DNA from: an uncultured Phycisphaerales bacterium
GTDB taxonomy: Bacteria; Planctomycetota; B15-G4
NCBI GenBank assembly: GCA_964537035.1
Contig: CAZIAK010000020.1
Span: 19,297 to 83,296, forward strand
Length of the DNA stretch: 64,000 bases
Direction of reading: 5' to 3'
In this document: piece by piece, positions 63,321-64,000 of the stretch
Numbering within the stretch: position 1 is the first letter of the stretch
Layout of the letters: each line of letters opens with the position of its first letter
Notes under the pieces: generated by a model
The model's database searches: none
Told to the model about the DNA's origin: nothing
What the model saw: only the letters and a program-made list of their open reading frames with translations
Position numbers and translations under genes: made by a program

Positions 63321-64000
63321 TCAGAGCAGGTCGACCGCGGGATCCGTGGGCGTGCGCAGCGAACGCAAGAAGGTCAGCAGCTCGATGCGCTGTGCCGGAG
63401 TGAGCGCGAAGAACGCGTCCTGGGCGAACTGAGCTTCTCCACCATGAAACGAGATGGCCTCGGTCAGGCTGAGCGCGCGACCGTCGTGAAGGTAGGGCGC
63501 GGTGTCAGCGATGCCCCAGAGCCGGCCGGTGGTGAAAAAGGAGTCGAGCTTGTCGCCGAAGTCTTCAGCCATGGCAGGGCCCAGGTCGTGGCGCTTGAGG
63601 TCTGCGAACAGGGGCACGGTGATGCCACCGCTCTGGTTCAGGGTGAACTGGGTGGGGCTCTGGCTGAGGTCGACGCTGTAGAAGATGTCTTTCAGCGGCG
63701 CGGTGTGAGTCTCGGGGAAGCTGTAGTTCAGAACCGGGCTCGACGTTTCCAGTGACGGGATGTGGCAGGTCGCGCAACCGATGCTGTTGAAATGCATGGC
63801 GCCCTGCACACCGGCGGGCGTCAGGGGGTCTTGAACTGGCGGCTCGATGTTCGTGTTGAAGATGTGCATGGCCGACAGCTCGCCGATGAGGATCTCATCG
63901 ACCACACCATCGCCGTCGCCATCAACGTTGGGCCCCACGTCTTCTACGGGCTGCATGCCCAGGTGGAAGTTCAGAGCACCCACATCGAACTGGCGCACCG
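63321..64000 (-). CDS. DUF1111-family di-haem cytochrome c peroxidase-like oxidoreductase (C-terminal part; the gene runs off the window)
   Basis: It has the haem-binding motif CATCH and the family-typical DTAPYLHDGRALSLTEAISFHGGEAQ. The frame is open to the window edge. Confidence 0.75.
   Translation of the reverse strand, partial: VRQFDVGALNFHLGMQPVEDVGPNVDGDGDGVVDEILIGELSAMHIFNTNIEPPVQDPLTPAGVQGAMHFNSIGCATCHIPSLETSSPVLNYSFPETHTAPLKDIFYSVDLSQSPTQFTLNQSGGITVPLFADLKRHDLGPAMAEDFGDKLDSFFTTGRLWGIADTAPYLHDGRALSLTEAISFHGGEAQFAQDAFFALTPAQRIELLTFLRSLRTPTDPAVDLL

Overview
This is a GC-rich bacterial chromosomal window (roughly two-thirds G+C by eye), densely coding on both strands. I found no rRNA or tRNA genes, CRISPR arrays, transposases or integrases. 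All family calls come from motif recognition in the supplied translations, since no database search was possible. Many of the long listed ORFs are antisense shadow ORFs of real genes, which is typical of high-GC DNA, and I discarded them.

Main contents:
1. A complete Thauera-type anaerobic benzoyl-CoA dearomatisation and ring-opening operon (had-oah-dch-bcrCBAD, 14.7-22.4 kb), followed by an SDR and a GNAT gene.
2. An operon-like array of ECF sigma, soluble zinc-finger anti-sigma, TPR-CHAT caspase-like protease, S8 subtilase, M28 peptidase and a large secreted helical protein (35.2-44.5 kb). A TPR Ser/Thr kinase lies convergent to it.
3. A thioredoxin/TlpA-like periplasmic gene split by an in-frame TGA exactly at the first Cys of a WCGPC motif. 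This is a probable selenoprotein (33950-34918) with a hairpin downstream of the TGA.
4. An isocitrate dehydrogenase fused to a C-terminal CBS pair.
5. A tandemly duplicated pair of small secreted proteins next to a 1312-aa FG-GAP lipoprotein with 14 repeats.
6. Housekeeping and accessory genes: kbl, an alkyltransferase-like (ATL) protein, an OPT transporter with two oxidoreductases, a LOG-family protein, cspA-like and deaD-like cold-shock genes, a hybrid histidine kinase, an ankyrin protein, and many secreted peptidases (S41, S8, two M28, M48, NlpC/P60-like).

The gene content resembles large-genome GC-rich Gram-negative lineages such as Myxococcota, Planctomycetota or Gemmatimonadota. Taxonomy cannot be fixed from this window alone.
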